Below are positions 1-8,944 of a stretch of DNA of 13,504 nt, one piece after another; the stretch's first letter is position 1, and each line of letters starts with the position of its first letter. The notes beneath the pieces are model-generated. The model was given only the letters and a program-made list of their open reading frames with translations. It had not been told where the DNA came from and searched no databases. The position numbers were made by a program, and so were the translations under genes. Source of the DNA: Planctomycetota bacterium (lineage in GTDB: Bacteria; Planctomycetota; GCA-002687715; DRQF01). The stretch covers positions 1 to 13,504 of the forward strand of contig JAZGFI010000227.1 of assembly GCA_036479435.1 (NCBI GenBank), read 5' to 3'.

Positions 1-1510
1 GGTCGATCTTCCGAGGGCCGGTGGCCGCCACATCGTTGGGGCCAACAAAGGCCTCGCCCTTCGACTTCCACCAACGCTGCCACTTGCCTGGCTTGGCCTT
101 GTAGTCAAGGCCGGTGAGGCGCTGTAGTCCGTCGAGCGCAGTGTTGCGGACGATGGGGTCTTTGTCGCCGAGCGCCTTCAGCATGGGTTCAAAACAGGCT
201 TTCTTGCGCATCGCGGCCATGCCGGTAACGCCCGCGCCGCGGACTCGCCAGTTGTCGTGTGACAGCAGATCGCGGAGGTCGGGGACGGACTCTGCGTACT
301 TCATCCGGCCTAGCGACACCGCCGCCGCTAGGACGAGCTTCCATTCCGAACGCCGCAACATGGCGCGAAGCGAACCAAGGTCTCCACCGACCCGCGACTT
401 GCCGTACTGAGCCAAGACTTCTTCCAAGACCTCAGTGGACTCCTCGGCCTGCAAACGGGCGTCGAGGAGCTCCTTGCGCTTCCCGTCGAGTTGCATGGCT
501 GCCACGACCGCCTGAAAGCGCACTTTGGCTTCCTTGTCTTCCGCCGCAGTCTTGGCCAAAGCCTCAAAGGACTCCTTCAGGCGCATCTCACCTAAAACGC
601 GAGCGGCCGTGGCGCGAACTTCCGACGCCTTGTGACCGAGGCCGTCTTTCTCGATTGCGGTTCGCAGTTTCGCCGCGTCGCCCAAGGGCTCATCGCCACG
701 GGCCAAGTCTTGCAATAACTCGACCGCACTGGGACCCGACAGAGCGTTGGACGCGGCCAGAAATTCTTGGCAACGCGCCAAAGCGGGACGCCTCGTTCCG
801 TCGGCCGGAAGCCGCGACAAAAGGCCCACGACAGCTCGTCTATAGCGTCGCTGCAAGGACGATCGCAGCTCACCCTTGAGGGCCGCTAGCAGTATCGGGA
901 GAGCCTCTGGTTCGGCGCTCGCCGCAAGGCCTTCGGCGATACCGGCCCGGATTTCCGCGCGGCCGCGCTGCAACAGCGGCATCAAAGATTCGCGAGCTTT
1001 CTTGCCGCCGAAGGCGGCGCGGGCACGCGCCGCAGCCACGACGACCATGTGGTCTTCAGAATAGAGCAGCTTCGCGGCTTTTTTTTCGTCCGCGAGACCA
1101 ATCTCGCGCAACGCCTCCAGGGCACGCACCGTCTTTTTGCCCTTGATCGACTTCGTCAAGGCCGTGCGAGCGGCTGACCGATCAATCTGCGCTGCGGCTC
1201 GGCTCGCCGCTTCACGGACCGCGATCAAGGGGTGTTTTAAGGCCACCCCAATGACGGCGCTCAAGGCTGCTTTATCGCCCTTCATGCCCAGTGCTTCAAC
1301 GACGGCGCCATTGGTCTGCCAATCTTTGGTCTTCAGCGCCTTGAGGAGGAGCTTGGTGGCCGAAGGATCTGTGCTTTCTTGCAAGAGGTCGATCGCTCGC
1401 AAGCGGGTCCGAAGGTCTTTTGACTGGATCATCTGAGCCGGATCGTCCTGAGCCCAAAGAAGACCGGACACTAAAAACAGCAAGATGAACGCGCTAGTGG
1501 TGCGAAACAT
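1..1510 (-). CDS. HEAT/PBS-lyase-repeat protein with N-terminal signal peptide, 3' end off the left edge (>=503 aa)
   Basis: Missing from the ORF track because there is no stop in the window. Manual translation from ATG 1510: MFRTTSAFILLFLVSGLLWA|QDDPAQMIQSKDLRTRLRAIDLL... It contains repeated HEAT units (VRATAARVLG, VRFQAVVAA, LVLAAAVSLG, LLSHDNWRVRGAGVTGM, ALGDKDPIVRNTALDGLQRLTG..WQRWW) and stays open to position 2. Confidence 0.85.
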   Translation of the reverse strand, partial: MFRTTSAFILLFLVSGLLWAQDDPAQMIQSKDLRTRLRAIDLLQESTDPSATKLLLKALKTKDWQTNGAVVEALGMKGDKAALSAVIGVALKHPLIAVREAASRAAAQIDRSAARTALTKSIKGKKTVRALEALREIGLADEKKAAKLLYSEDHMVVVAAARARAAFGGKKARESLMPLLQRGRAEIRAGIAEGLAASAEPEALPILLAALKGELRSSLQRRYRRAVVGLLSRLPADGTRRPALARCQEFLAASNALSGPSAVELLQDLARGDEPLGDAAKLRTAIEKDGLGHKASEVRATAARVLGEMRLKESFEALAKTAAEDKEAKVRFQAVVAAMQLDGKRKELLDARLQAEESTEVLEEVLAQYGKSRVGGDLGSLRAMLRRSEWKLVLAAAVSLGRMKYAESVPDLRDLLSHDNWRVRGAGVTGMAAMRKKACFEPMLKALGDKDPIVRNTALDGLQRLTGLDYKAKPGKWQRWWKSKGEAFVGPNDVAATGPRKID

Positions 1511-1655
1511 GGTTTAGTTCCCAATGGAAGAATTCAGAGCCACGGGTGGCCAAGCCTGCAAAATGCCAGCGCTGTGGTCAACTATCACTGAGATGGTTGG
1601 CGTCGGATGCAGGGTGTAGTTTGACGGCGAACAGTACCAATCTCGGGGTTTTAAG

Positions 1656-2480
1656 ATGACGAGCCGTTCCGGCGACGATCCCAAGCCAGGATGGCGCGAC
1701 ACGCTGCACGAAGTCATTTTCGAGGCCGACACGCCAGCAGGCAAGGCCTTCGACGTCTTGTTGATCGTGTCCATTATCATCAGCGTGCTCGCCGTCGTGC
1801 TCGAAAGCGTCACCAGCATCCGCGCTAAATATGGGGCCATCCTGATCACCGCCGAGTGGTTTTTTACGGTGGTATTCACGATCGAGTATATCTTTCGCCT
1901 GATCAGCGTCCGGCGGCCCCTCAACTACGCGACTAGTTTCTTCGGCGTCGTCGACTTTCTATCCATCATCCCCACCTACCTCGCCCTTTTCATTCCGGGC
2001 GGCCAAACTCTCATGACGATCCGCGGCCTACGCTTGCTGCGTGTCTTCCGCGTCTTTAAGTTGTCGGCCTATGTTGGCGAGGCGCAGAGCCTCGCCCTCG
2101 CTTTACGCGCCAGCCTGCGCAAGATCATGGTATTCGTCTTGGCGGTCATCACCATTGCCGTGATCGTCGGTTCCTTCATGCACGTCGTCGAGGGCGAAGA
2201 TTCTGGCTTTACCGACATCCCCACCAGTGTCTACTGGGCGATCGTTACCTTGACGACCGTAGGCTACGGCGACATCGCCCCGGTAACCCCGCTCGGCAAA
2301 ACCCTCGCCTGCTTCGTCATGATGTGCGGCTTCGGCATCATCGCCGTCCCCACCGGCATTGTCTCCGTGGAGATGTCCCGCATTGCCAAAGAGGAGACGA
2401 CGCAGTCCTGTATCTCTTGCAGCCTCCAGGGCCACGCCGTCGACGCGGTTTTTTGTAAGTTCTGCGGCACAAAACTCTAG
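1656..2480 (+). CDS. Ion transporter / voltage-gated K+ channel (Ion_trans type) with C-terminal zinc-ribbon
   Basis: Six hydrophobic segments, an S4-like motif RGLRLLRVFRVFK, the selectivity filter TTVGYGD, and C-terminal CISC...CKFC. Confidence 0.92.
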   Translation: MTSRSGDDPKPGWRDTLHEVIFEADTPAGKAFDVLLIVSIIISVLAVVLESVTSIRAKYGAILITAEWFFTVVFTIEYIFRLISVRRPLNYATSFFGVVDFLSIIPTYLALFIPGGQTLMTIRGLRLLRVFRVFKLSAYVGEAQSLALALRASLRKIMVFVLAVITIAVIVGSFMHVVEGEDSGFTDIPTSVYWAIVTLTTVGYGDIAPVTPLGKTLACFVMMCGFGIIAVPTGIVSVEMSRIAKEETTQSCISCSLQGHAVDAVFCKFCGTKL

Positions 2481-2498
2481 CGAGTTTCCGCCCATTTC

Positions 2499-2527
2499 TT
2501 GACGGGGCACTTTGACTGATATAGCCT
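2499..2527 (+). promoter_or_regulatory. Putative sigma70 promoter of the cas operon
   Basis: TTGACG (2499-2504), 17 nt, then TAGCCT (2522-2527). An alternative extended -10 is TGaTATAGC (2517-2525). It lies about 80 nt upstream of cas3. Confidence 0.5.
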
Positions 2528-2605
2528 GTGAGTCGCACGACTGGCAGGCGCGAGGCACAAGTCACATCGTAAACCCCATCCCAATGGAGAGCCGAGACAA
2601 CGGTA

Positions 2606-4867
2606 ATGCCAGGTCATTTCGCACATACATTTCCGGGAAAAAGCTGCGGATCATGGCAATCGCTAGAAGATCATCTGAATGCGGTTGCAGAGATCTGCTC
2701 GAAATTCGCTGATCGGTTTGGAGCAGCCGATTGGGGTCATGCGACCGGCCTATGGCACGACCTTGGAAAATACTCGTGCGCGTTTCAGTCGTACCTGTCT
2801 TCAACCAGCGAGCCAGACTCCCACCAAGCGGAAACACGAGGTTCGGTGGATCACGCAACGGCGGGTGCACAACATGCCGTGAAAACAATTCCCGTGCTCG
2901 GACATCTAATCGCTTACGTCATTGCTGGCCACCACAGTGGTCTCCTCGACGCGATTTCCGATGGGGCCAATCAGGAAAAGCGGCTGGCAAAAGCGATCGA
3001 GCCTTGGGTTCACGGCCTGGCGAAACTGAACACCCCCAAGTCACCTCAGTTACCAGAATTCTTGCGTCGAGCCTTGGATCAGCGCTCTTGTGATCCCAAA
3101 GCTACGGCATTCAGCTTCGCGTTCTTCACGCGTATGCTGTTCGCTTGCCTGGTAGACGCCGACTTTCTCGACACTGAAGCCTTCATGAGTCCGGCCCGAG
3201 CCGCTGATCGACCGACTTGGCCGTCAGACATTCTATCCCAGATTTCCGACTGTACTGACAGCCATGTCAATGATCTCGGTGCCCGTCAAACTCCGGTCAA
3301 TCGACGACGACAAGAGGTCCGTCAGGCCTGCATCCAAGGCGCCGAGCTCAACCCAGGACTGTTCTCTCTCTCCGTTCCCACCGGTGGTGGAAAAACTCTC
3401 GCGTCATTGACTTTCGCGCTTCGTCACGCAGTCCGTCACGGCATGGAACGCGTCATCTACGTCATCCCATTCACCAGCATCATCGAGCAAAATGCCGCCG
3501 TTTTTCGCTCGATAACTGCATCTCTCTGCGGGGGTGGACTCGCCGACCCTGTCATCGAACATCACAGTTCCGTCGATGTCGGAGAGGAGACAGTCGCCAG
3601 CCGGCTCGCAACAGAGAACTGGGATGCTCCGATCATCGTCACAACAACCGTCCAATTCTATGAGTCGATGTTTGCGAATAGATCTAGGCGTTGTCGAAAA
3701 CTCCATCGCCTTGCCAAGTCAGTCATCATTCTTGACGAAGTGCAGTCGATCCCCGTCGACTACCTAAAGCCCTGCCTAAGCGCTCTTCGTGAACTATCTG
3801 AGAACTACGGGAGCAGTGTCGTCCTTTGTACTGCAACTCAGCCCGCCGTCCACCATCGCGACGAGTTTCCAATTGGGCTAAAGGGTGTGCGAGAGATCAT
3901 CCCCGAGCCGACCGAATTGCACCAATCCCTCGAACGAGTCGAAGTCGTCGATATTGGTGATCAGGGTGATTCCGAACTCGACCTACTGCTTGCGGAACAC
4001 AGACAATCCCTTTGCATCGTGAACACGCGCAAACACGCTCGACGCCTTTTCGAAGGGCTCAAAGCTCGGCAGGGGATTTTTCATCTCAGCGCATCCATGT
4101 GCCCAGAGCACCGCAGCTCGACCCTCAGAGAAATCTTTACGGCCCTGGAACGAGGTGAACGTTGTCAGGTCATTTCGACCCAAGTCATCGAGGCGGGCGT
4201 GGATGTCGATTTCCCCGTCGTTTTCCGTTCTCTGGCCGGCCTCGACTCGATTGCGCAAGCCGCGGGACGGTGCAATCGTAATGGGGAACTGAAAGGACTC
4301 GGAAAGACCTTCGTGTTTCGTTCGGAACACAGGTCGGCTGAGCGATTCCTGAGAGAAATGTCGGGCGCAGCCCGTCAGATTCTTGGCGGACTAAATAGCC
4401 GACCCCTTTACCCTGATCTCCTCGCGCCGGAGGCCATCGAGCACTATTTCCGACTGTACTACTGGAGCCAGAAAGACCGCTGGGATGCACACGACATTCT
4501 CGCTCGAGATCTTCTGGACTCGAACAATCCAAAACTTCCCTTTGTCTTCGGCTTTGCCACAACTGCCAAGAACTTCCGTTTCATCGAAAACTGCAACCAA
4601 GCGATCATCATTCCTTGGCGACATCGGGGACGCGAACTCTGCGAGGCCCTACGCGCGGAATACGGAACGCCGCGTCAGAGCACTCTCCGCGAACTGCAAA
4701 GATACAGCGTTCAGATTCCCGAGCATCAGTACCAAAGGAACGTTGGGCTGAACATCGAACTCATTCAAGATCGATACCCGATCCTCACTAGCCCAGAGCT
4801 CCACTACGACGAGGAACTCGGCATTCTGTTGGACGACGAAACTCCGAAGGCGAGTTTCGTCATATGA
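2606..4867 (+). CDS. cas3: CRISPR-associated helicase/nuclease Cas3 (HD + SF2 helicase)
   Basis: HD domain motifs HDLGK, DHATAG, IAGHHSGL, LVDADFLDT; helicase motifs PTGGGKT, DEVQ, TATQP, QAAGRCNR. Confidence 0.97.
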   Translation: MPGHFAHTFPGKSCGSWQSLEDHLNAVAEICSKFADRFGAADWGHATGLWHDLGKYSCAFQSYLSSTSEPDSHQAETRGSVDHATAGAQHAVKTIPVLGHLIAYVIAGHHSGLLDAISDGANQEKRLAKAIEPWVHGLAKLNTPKSPQLPEFLRRALDQRSCDPKATAFSFAFFTRMLFACLVDADFLDTEAFMSPARAADRPTWPSDILSQISDCTDSHVNDLGARQTPVNRRRQEVRQACIQGAELNPGLFSLSVPTGGGKTLASLTFALRHAVRHGMERVIYVIPFTSIIEQNAAVFRSITASLCGGGLADPVIEHHSSVDVGEETVASRLATENWDAPIIVTTTVQFYESMFANRSRRCRKLHRLAKSVIILDEVQSIPVDYLKPCLSALRELSENYGSSVVLCTATQPAVHHRDEFPIGLKGVREIIPEPTELHQSLERVEVVDIGDQGDSELDLLLAEHRQSLCIVNTRKHARRLFEGLKARQGIFHLSASMCPEHRSSTLREIFTALERGERCQVISTQVIEAGVDVDFPVVFRSLAGLDSIAQAAGRCNRNGELKGLGKTFVFRSEHRSAERFLREMSGAARQILGGLNSRPLYPDLLAPEAIEHYFRLYYWSQKDRWDAHDILARDLLDSNNPKLPFVFGFATTAKNFRFIENCNQAIIIPWRHRGRELCEALRAEYGTPRQSTLRELQRYSVQIPEHQYQRNVGLNIELIQDRYPILTSPELHYDEELGILLDDETPKASFVI

Positions 4868-4880
4868 GAGGAAGCGCAAG

Positions 4881-5612
4881 ATGAGCTATGGAATCATGCT
4901 GGAGGTTTGGGGCGAATACGCATCCTTCAACCGGCCAGAAATGAAGGTGGAGCGTGTTTCCTACGAAGTCATGACACCAAGCGCCGCGAGAGGGTTCTTA
5001 GAAGCCATCTACTGGAAGCCACAAATGCGCTGGGTGATCGACCGCATCCACGTCCTCGCTCCAATCAAGTTCTCGCACGTGCGGCGCAACGAGATCGACT
5101 CCCGCATTCCAGTCGGTGGCCCAAGCGGGGTACGGAGCGCCATGAAGTCCGAAAAAGGCGACTTGGGAATCACGGTTAGCAATCACCGTCAGCAACGCGC
5201 CGCCATGATCCTCAGCGATGTTCGCTACGGAATCGTAGCGCATGTTGAAGTCTTGGACGCGCAAGAAAAAGACGGAACCCTAAACCCACACGCGGGCTCC
5301 AAACACGTCGAGGCTTTTCGGCGCCGTGTCCGAAAAGGCCAGTATTTTCACCATCCCTATCTCGGGTGCCGAGAGTTTCCCGGTTCATTTCAGCATGTCG
5401 ATAGCGAAGGCGACTGGGGCTGCCCCAAGGAGCTCGAAGGGCAACGCTCTCTCGGATTTATGCTCTGGGACATGGAGTTCGTCGAAGACGAAAAGGGGGC
5501 GATTGTGGAATCCAACCGGGGTCGCCGACTGAGCGCCACGGCTAGGTTCTTTGACGCCATGATGACGAATGGCGTTCTCGAAGTTCCACCTCTTTCCGAA
5601 ACGCGGGCTTGA
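4881..5612 (+). CDS. cas5c: Type I-C Cas5 (Cas5d), pre-crRNA processing endoribonuclease
   Basis: Motifs WGEYASFNRPEMKVERVSYEVMTPSAARG, IYWKP, RRNE and PYLGCREF; RBS GAGGA upstream; no cas6 in the locus. Confidence 0.96.
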   Translation: MSYGIMLEVWGEYASFNRPEMKVERVSYEVMTPSAARGFLEAIYWKPQMRWVIDRIHVLAPIKFSHVRRNEIDSRIPVGGPSGVRSAMKSEKGDLGITVSNHRQQRAAMILSDVRYGIVAHVEVLDAQEKDGTLNPHAGSKHVEAFRRRVRKGQYFHHPYLGCREFPGSFQHVDSEGDWGCPKELEGQRSLGFMLWDMEFVEDEKGAIVESNRGRRLSATARFFDAMMTNGVLEVPPLSETRA

Positions 5613-5614
5613 CG

Positions 5615-7366
5615 ATGATCCTCAGAGCACTCCATGACCTTCATGAAAGACTGAAAGACGATCCTGACTACGAGATTGCGCCAGATGGCTTTAGCTACCA
5701 AAAAGTGACTTTCGTGATTGTCCTCGAAACTGATGGCCGTTTGGTGGAAATCGCTGACACTCAGATCGAAATCAATGGCAAGACTCGACCTCGACGGGTT
5801 CTTGTTTTCGGAACTGCAAAGCCCAGCGGAAAAGGGTTGAATCCTTGCTTCCTCTGGGACAACACAAAGTACATCTTGGGGCATGATGGCAATGTCGATC
5901 CGAAGAAACGCAAACCCGAGCGTGCACAACAGGTGTTCGAGGCCTTTAGGGAAAGGCACATCTCGCTTCGCAAGAAAATCGGCTCGTCTGAGTTTGATGC
6001 AGTTTGCAATTTCCTTTCGGGATGGAAACCGTCCGATGCTGAGAAGCATAGCGTCCTCGCCGAGGGCACCTCCGGCTTCGGTGTCTTTCAGATCCGTGGT
6101 CAAACACACTTTGTCCACGAGACCCAGAAAATCCGCACCTTTTGGCTCCAAGACCGACAAGAAGATCCAGAGGGTCCGCTGTCAACTTGTTTGATCACCG
6201 GAGAGGTCTCACCGACCGCACGAATTCATCCGAAGATCAAGGGTGTCTGGGGAGCACAGAGCTCAGGCGCAGCTATTGTCAGCTTCAACGACAGTTCCTA
6301 CTTGTCATATGGCAAAGTACAGAACTTCAATGCGCCCGTCTCCAGTGGCGCGGCAAGACATTATGTCAAGGCGCTCAACGCACTTCTCGACGGCCCAATG
6401 CAGGAGAAGCACCGCTTTGGAATCGGCGACATGACCTTGGCCTTCTGGACGGATCGGCCCTCTGCGCTGGAAGACATATTCGTGGAGTTTAGCCAGAGCG
6501 GCGAAGGAAAAGCCGTTGAATCATCACAGGACGAAGGGCTTAGGTCAAAAATCGGCGCACTGCTTAGAGCGCTCCGGCAAGGACGCGAGGCCTACGCCGA
6601 TCTCGATGACGAGCCCGACAAGACCGAATACTTCCTGCTTGGGTTGTCCCCCAATGCAGCTCGTCTATCCGTTCGGTTTTTTTGGCGTGGCAATCTGACA
6701 GCATTCCTCGACAAACTTCGGCTCCATTTTCAGCACATCCAGATCGAAACTCAAAGAAATTCTGACCGGGAGTTTCCGCCTGCGTGGCAATTGCTCCGCC
6801 AAACCGCGCGCGAGTCGAAAGACATCCCACCCATTCTCGCCGCGCCTTTGCTACGAGCGATCATCGACGGATCGAACTACCCTCCCGCCATGTACTCTGC
6901 CATCATTGGAAGAATTCGCGCAGACCGAGACATCAACCATGCTCGCGCTTGCCTCATCAAAGGATACCTCATACGCAACTTGGGAAAGGACATGCCCATG
7001 AGTCTCGACAAGTCTCAAATAGATAGCGGATACCGTCTCGGCAGGCTTTTTGCCACTCTCGAGAAAACCCAAAAGGACGCCCTCGGTGAGAACTTAAACG
7101 CCACCATTCGGGATCGCTTCTACGCTTCCGCGTCGGCGACTCCTGGGCCCGTGATACCTCGCCTGCTTCGCACTTATCAACACCATCTCGCCAAACTCAG
7201 TGGTGGGCTGAAAGTAAGTCGCGAGAGGTTGCTTCAAGAAATCATGGACGGCCTCGATCAGATTCCGGCGCAGCTTGACCTCAGCGCTCAAGGTTGCTTC
7301 GCGCTCGGCTACTACCACCAAATGAACGACTTCTACAAGAGACGTACCGATGACTCGAAAGATTAA
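5615..7366 (+). CDS. cas8c: Type I-C large subunit Cas8c (Csd1)
   Basis: MILRAL N-terminus (ATG 5615; TTG 5609 overlapping the cas5 stop is the alternative start), LWDN..Y, CLITG, SFN..S..SYG..Q..NAPV, LSPNAARLSVRF, and position between cas5 and cas7. Confidence 0.95.
   Translation: MILRALHDLHERLKDDPDYEIAPDGFSYQKVTFVIVLETDGRLVEIADTQIEINGKTRPRRVLVFGTAKPSGKGLNPCFLWDNTKYILGHDGNVDPKKRKPERAQQVFEAFRERHISLRKKIGSSEFDAVCNFLSGWKPSDAEKHSVLAEGTSGFGVFQIRGQTHFVHETQKIRTFWLQDRQEDPEGPLSTCLITGEVSPTARIHPKIKGVWGAQSSGAAIVSFNDSSYLSYGKVQNFNAPVSSGAARHYVKALNALLDGPMQEKHRFGIGDMTLAFWTDRPSALEDIFVEFSQSGEGKAVESSQDEGLRSKIGALLRALRQGREAYADLDDEPDKTEYFLLGLSPNAARLSVRFFWRGNLTAFLDKLRLHFQHIQIETQRNSDREFPPAWQLLRQTARESKDIPPILAAPLLRAIIDGSNYPPAMYSAIIGRIRADRDINHARACLIKGYLIRNLGKDMPMSLDKSQIDSGYRLGRLFATLEKTQKDALGENLNATIRDRFYASASATPGPVIPRLLRTYQHHLAKLSGGLKVSRERLLQEIMDGLDQIPAQLDLSAQGCFALGYYHQMNDFYKRRTDDSKD
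6998..7366 (+). CDS. cas11: Cas11c small subunit, in-frame internal translation start within cas8c (122 aa)
   Basis: SD-like AAGGA (6986-6990) lies 7 nt before in-frame ATG 6998. The product MSLDKSQIDSGYRLGRLFATLEK... matches the Cas8c C-terminal helical domain known to be expressed separately in type I-C systems. Confidence 0.75.
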   Translation: MSLDKSQIDSGYRLGRLFATLEKTQKDALGENLNATIRDRFYASASATPGPVIPRLLRTYQHHLAKLSGGLKVSRERLLQEIMDGLDQIPAQLDLSAQGCFALGYYHQMNDFYKRRTDDSKD

Positions 7367-7384
7367 GCTGAGGAAACGAACGCA

Positions 7385-8242
7385 ATGAACCGACACGAAT
7401 TCGTAATGATTTTTGATGCCCGAGATGCAAACCCAAATGGCGACCCGGATGCCGGAAACTTGCCACGCATTGACCCCGAAACCGGCCACGGTTTGGTAAC
7501 TGATGTTTGCTTGAAAAGGAAAGTCAGAAACTACGTTTCGTTAACACGAAGCAACGACGAAGGGCACCGAATCTACTTTAGAGAACGGGCCGTCCTTAAC
7601 CGGATCCACGAGGAGGCCTACAAACACATTGGGGAAAAACCGAAGAGCAAGAAACTGCCGAGCGACGTCGAAAAGGCCAGAAAGTTGACCCAATTCATGT
7701 GCCAGAATTTCTGGGACATTCGCGCCTTTGGTGCTGTCATGAGTACGGAAGTCAACTGCGGACAGGTTCGCGGCCCAGTACAAATCTCATTCGCCAGGTC
7801 GGTCGACCCCATTTTCGCACAAGAACACGCCATCACGCGAAACTCCGTCACCAATGAAAGAGACCTCGAAAAGGAACGCACGATGGGCCGTAAGTTTACG
7901 ATTCCCTACGGTATCTACGTTGCTCACGGTTTCATCAATCCCTTCCTCGCTGACCAAACCGGCTTTGGTGACAGTGATCTCGACCTACTCTGGGAGAGCC
8001 TCGCCAATGCCTTCCAGTTCGACCAGTCCGCCGCCCGTCCAGCGGGCTCCATGGCTATGCGACGCCTCGTCGTTTTTCGCCATGCCAGCAAGTTGGGCGA
8101 GGCACCGTCCCACCAGCTATTCGAAGCCCTTAAAGTCGTTAGGAAGTCCGAGTGTGCGGTGCCACGCAAGTTTGCGGACTACGAAATTGACATAGACACG
8201 GAGAAGATCCCGGCGGGAGTCGAAACCCTTGAAAAGGCATAG
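7385..8242 (+). CDS. cas7c: Type I-C backbone subunit Cas7 (Csd2)
   Basis: Motifs NPNGDPDAGNLPRID, TDVCLKRKVRNY, DIRAFGAVM, GQVRGPVQ, RTMGRK. Confidence 0.97.
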   Translation: MNRHEFVMIFDARDANPNGDPDAGNLPRIDPETGHGLVTDVCLKRKVRNYVSLTRSNDEGHRIYFRERAVLNRIHEEAYKHIGEKPKSKKLPSDVEKARKLTQFMCQNFWDIRAFGAVMSTEVNCGQVRGPVQISFARSVDPIFAQEHAITRNSVTNERDLEKERTMGRKFTIPYGIYVAHGFINPFLADQTGFGDSDLDLLWESLANAFQFDQSAARPAGSMAMRRLVVFRHASKLGEAPSHQLFEALKVVRKSECAVPRKFADYEIDIDTEKIPAGVETLEKA

Positions 8243-8245
8243 ACC

Positions 8246-8944
8246 GTGTTCAAAGACGCCGATCTTCTCCCCCTTTCAGGGCTTCAACATCTGGTTTTTT
8301 GCCGCAGGCAAGCAGGCTTGATTCACGTGGAATCACAATGGGCCGACAACAAATTCACGGTCGAGGGTTCGCGTCTACACGAGCAGGTGGATCAGTTGGG
8401 ACGCCGCCATGAAAAGCGCGGCAACCTAGTTGTATCACGGGGCATTTGGATTCGTTCGCAGCGCTTGGGTCTGATTGGACGAGCCGACGTCGTGGAGTTT
8501 CGTCGCGTTGAATGCGGCGACCCGACATACCCGGTGGCCGTTCCTCTTCCGGGCCGCGACGGAAGGTGGCGACCGTTACCCGTCGAGTACAAGCGCGGCA
8601 AACCAAAAGAGCACCGCGCCGACGAAGTTCAGCTCTGCGCCCAAGCGATGTGTATCGAGGAACACTTCGAGATCGCTATCTCCGAGGGCTCGCTTTATTA
8701 CGGGCAGACCAAACGGCGAACCGAAGTAGATTTCGACGAGGGCCTCCGGGATCTCACGAAATCTGTCGCTCGAGACTTCCACAATCTCGTCAAGAACCGT
8801 GAAACCCCAAGGGCAGAACCCGGAGCCAAGTGCACAAACTGCTCGCTCCTTGAGATTTGCGTACCCTCGGCGGTCGAACACCAAAATGCTGCGTCTCGTT
8901 ACATCCGAAATTCTGTTCGATTGATTGCCCGCGAACGATCATGA
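8246..8944 (+). CDS. cas4: Cas4 RecB-like nuclease
   Basis: LSGLQH..FC.RQ, G.AD.VE, PVEYKRG, QLCAQ, and a C-terminal Cys cluster (CTNCSLLEIC); GTG start. Confidence 0.95.
   Translation: MFKDADLLPLSGLQHLVFCRRQAGLIHVESQWADNKFTVEGSRLHEQVDQLGRRHEKRGNLVVSRGIWIRSQRLGLIGRADVVEFRRVECGDPTYPVAVPLPGRDGRWRPLPVEYKRGKPKEHRADEVQLCAQAMCIEEHFEIAISEGSLYYGQTKRRTEVDFDEGLRDLTKSVARDFHNLVKNRETPRAEPGAKCTNCSLLEICVPSAVEHQNAASRYIRNSVRLIARERS

Noticed and set aside
1079..1086. T8 run as a frameshift or phase-variation site
   Set aside because: It reads in frame as E-K-K on the minus strand and the ORF is uninterrupted.
114..1436. Plus-strand ORFs 114-410, 259-879, 876-1064, 1137-1436
   Set aside because: They are antisense shadows of the long minus-strand HEAT-repeat gene.
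1656..2480. Ion channel as a CRISPR-linked membrane effector
   Set aside because: It is a common stand-alone family with no CARF/SAVED sensor, type I-C makes no cyclic oligonucleotide signal, and a separate putative promoter precedes cas3.
8857..8940. N-terminal extension of Cas1 in the ORF track
   Set aside because: It overlaps cas4; ATG 8941 gives the canonical N-terminus and stop-start coupling.
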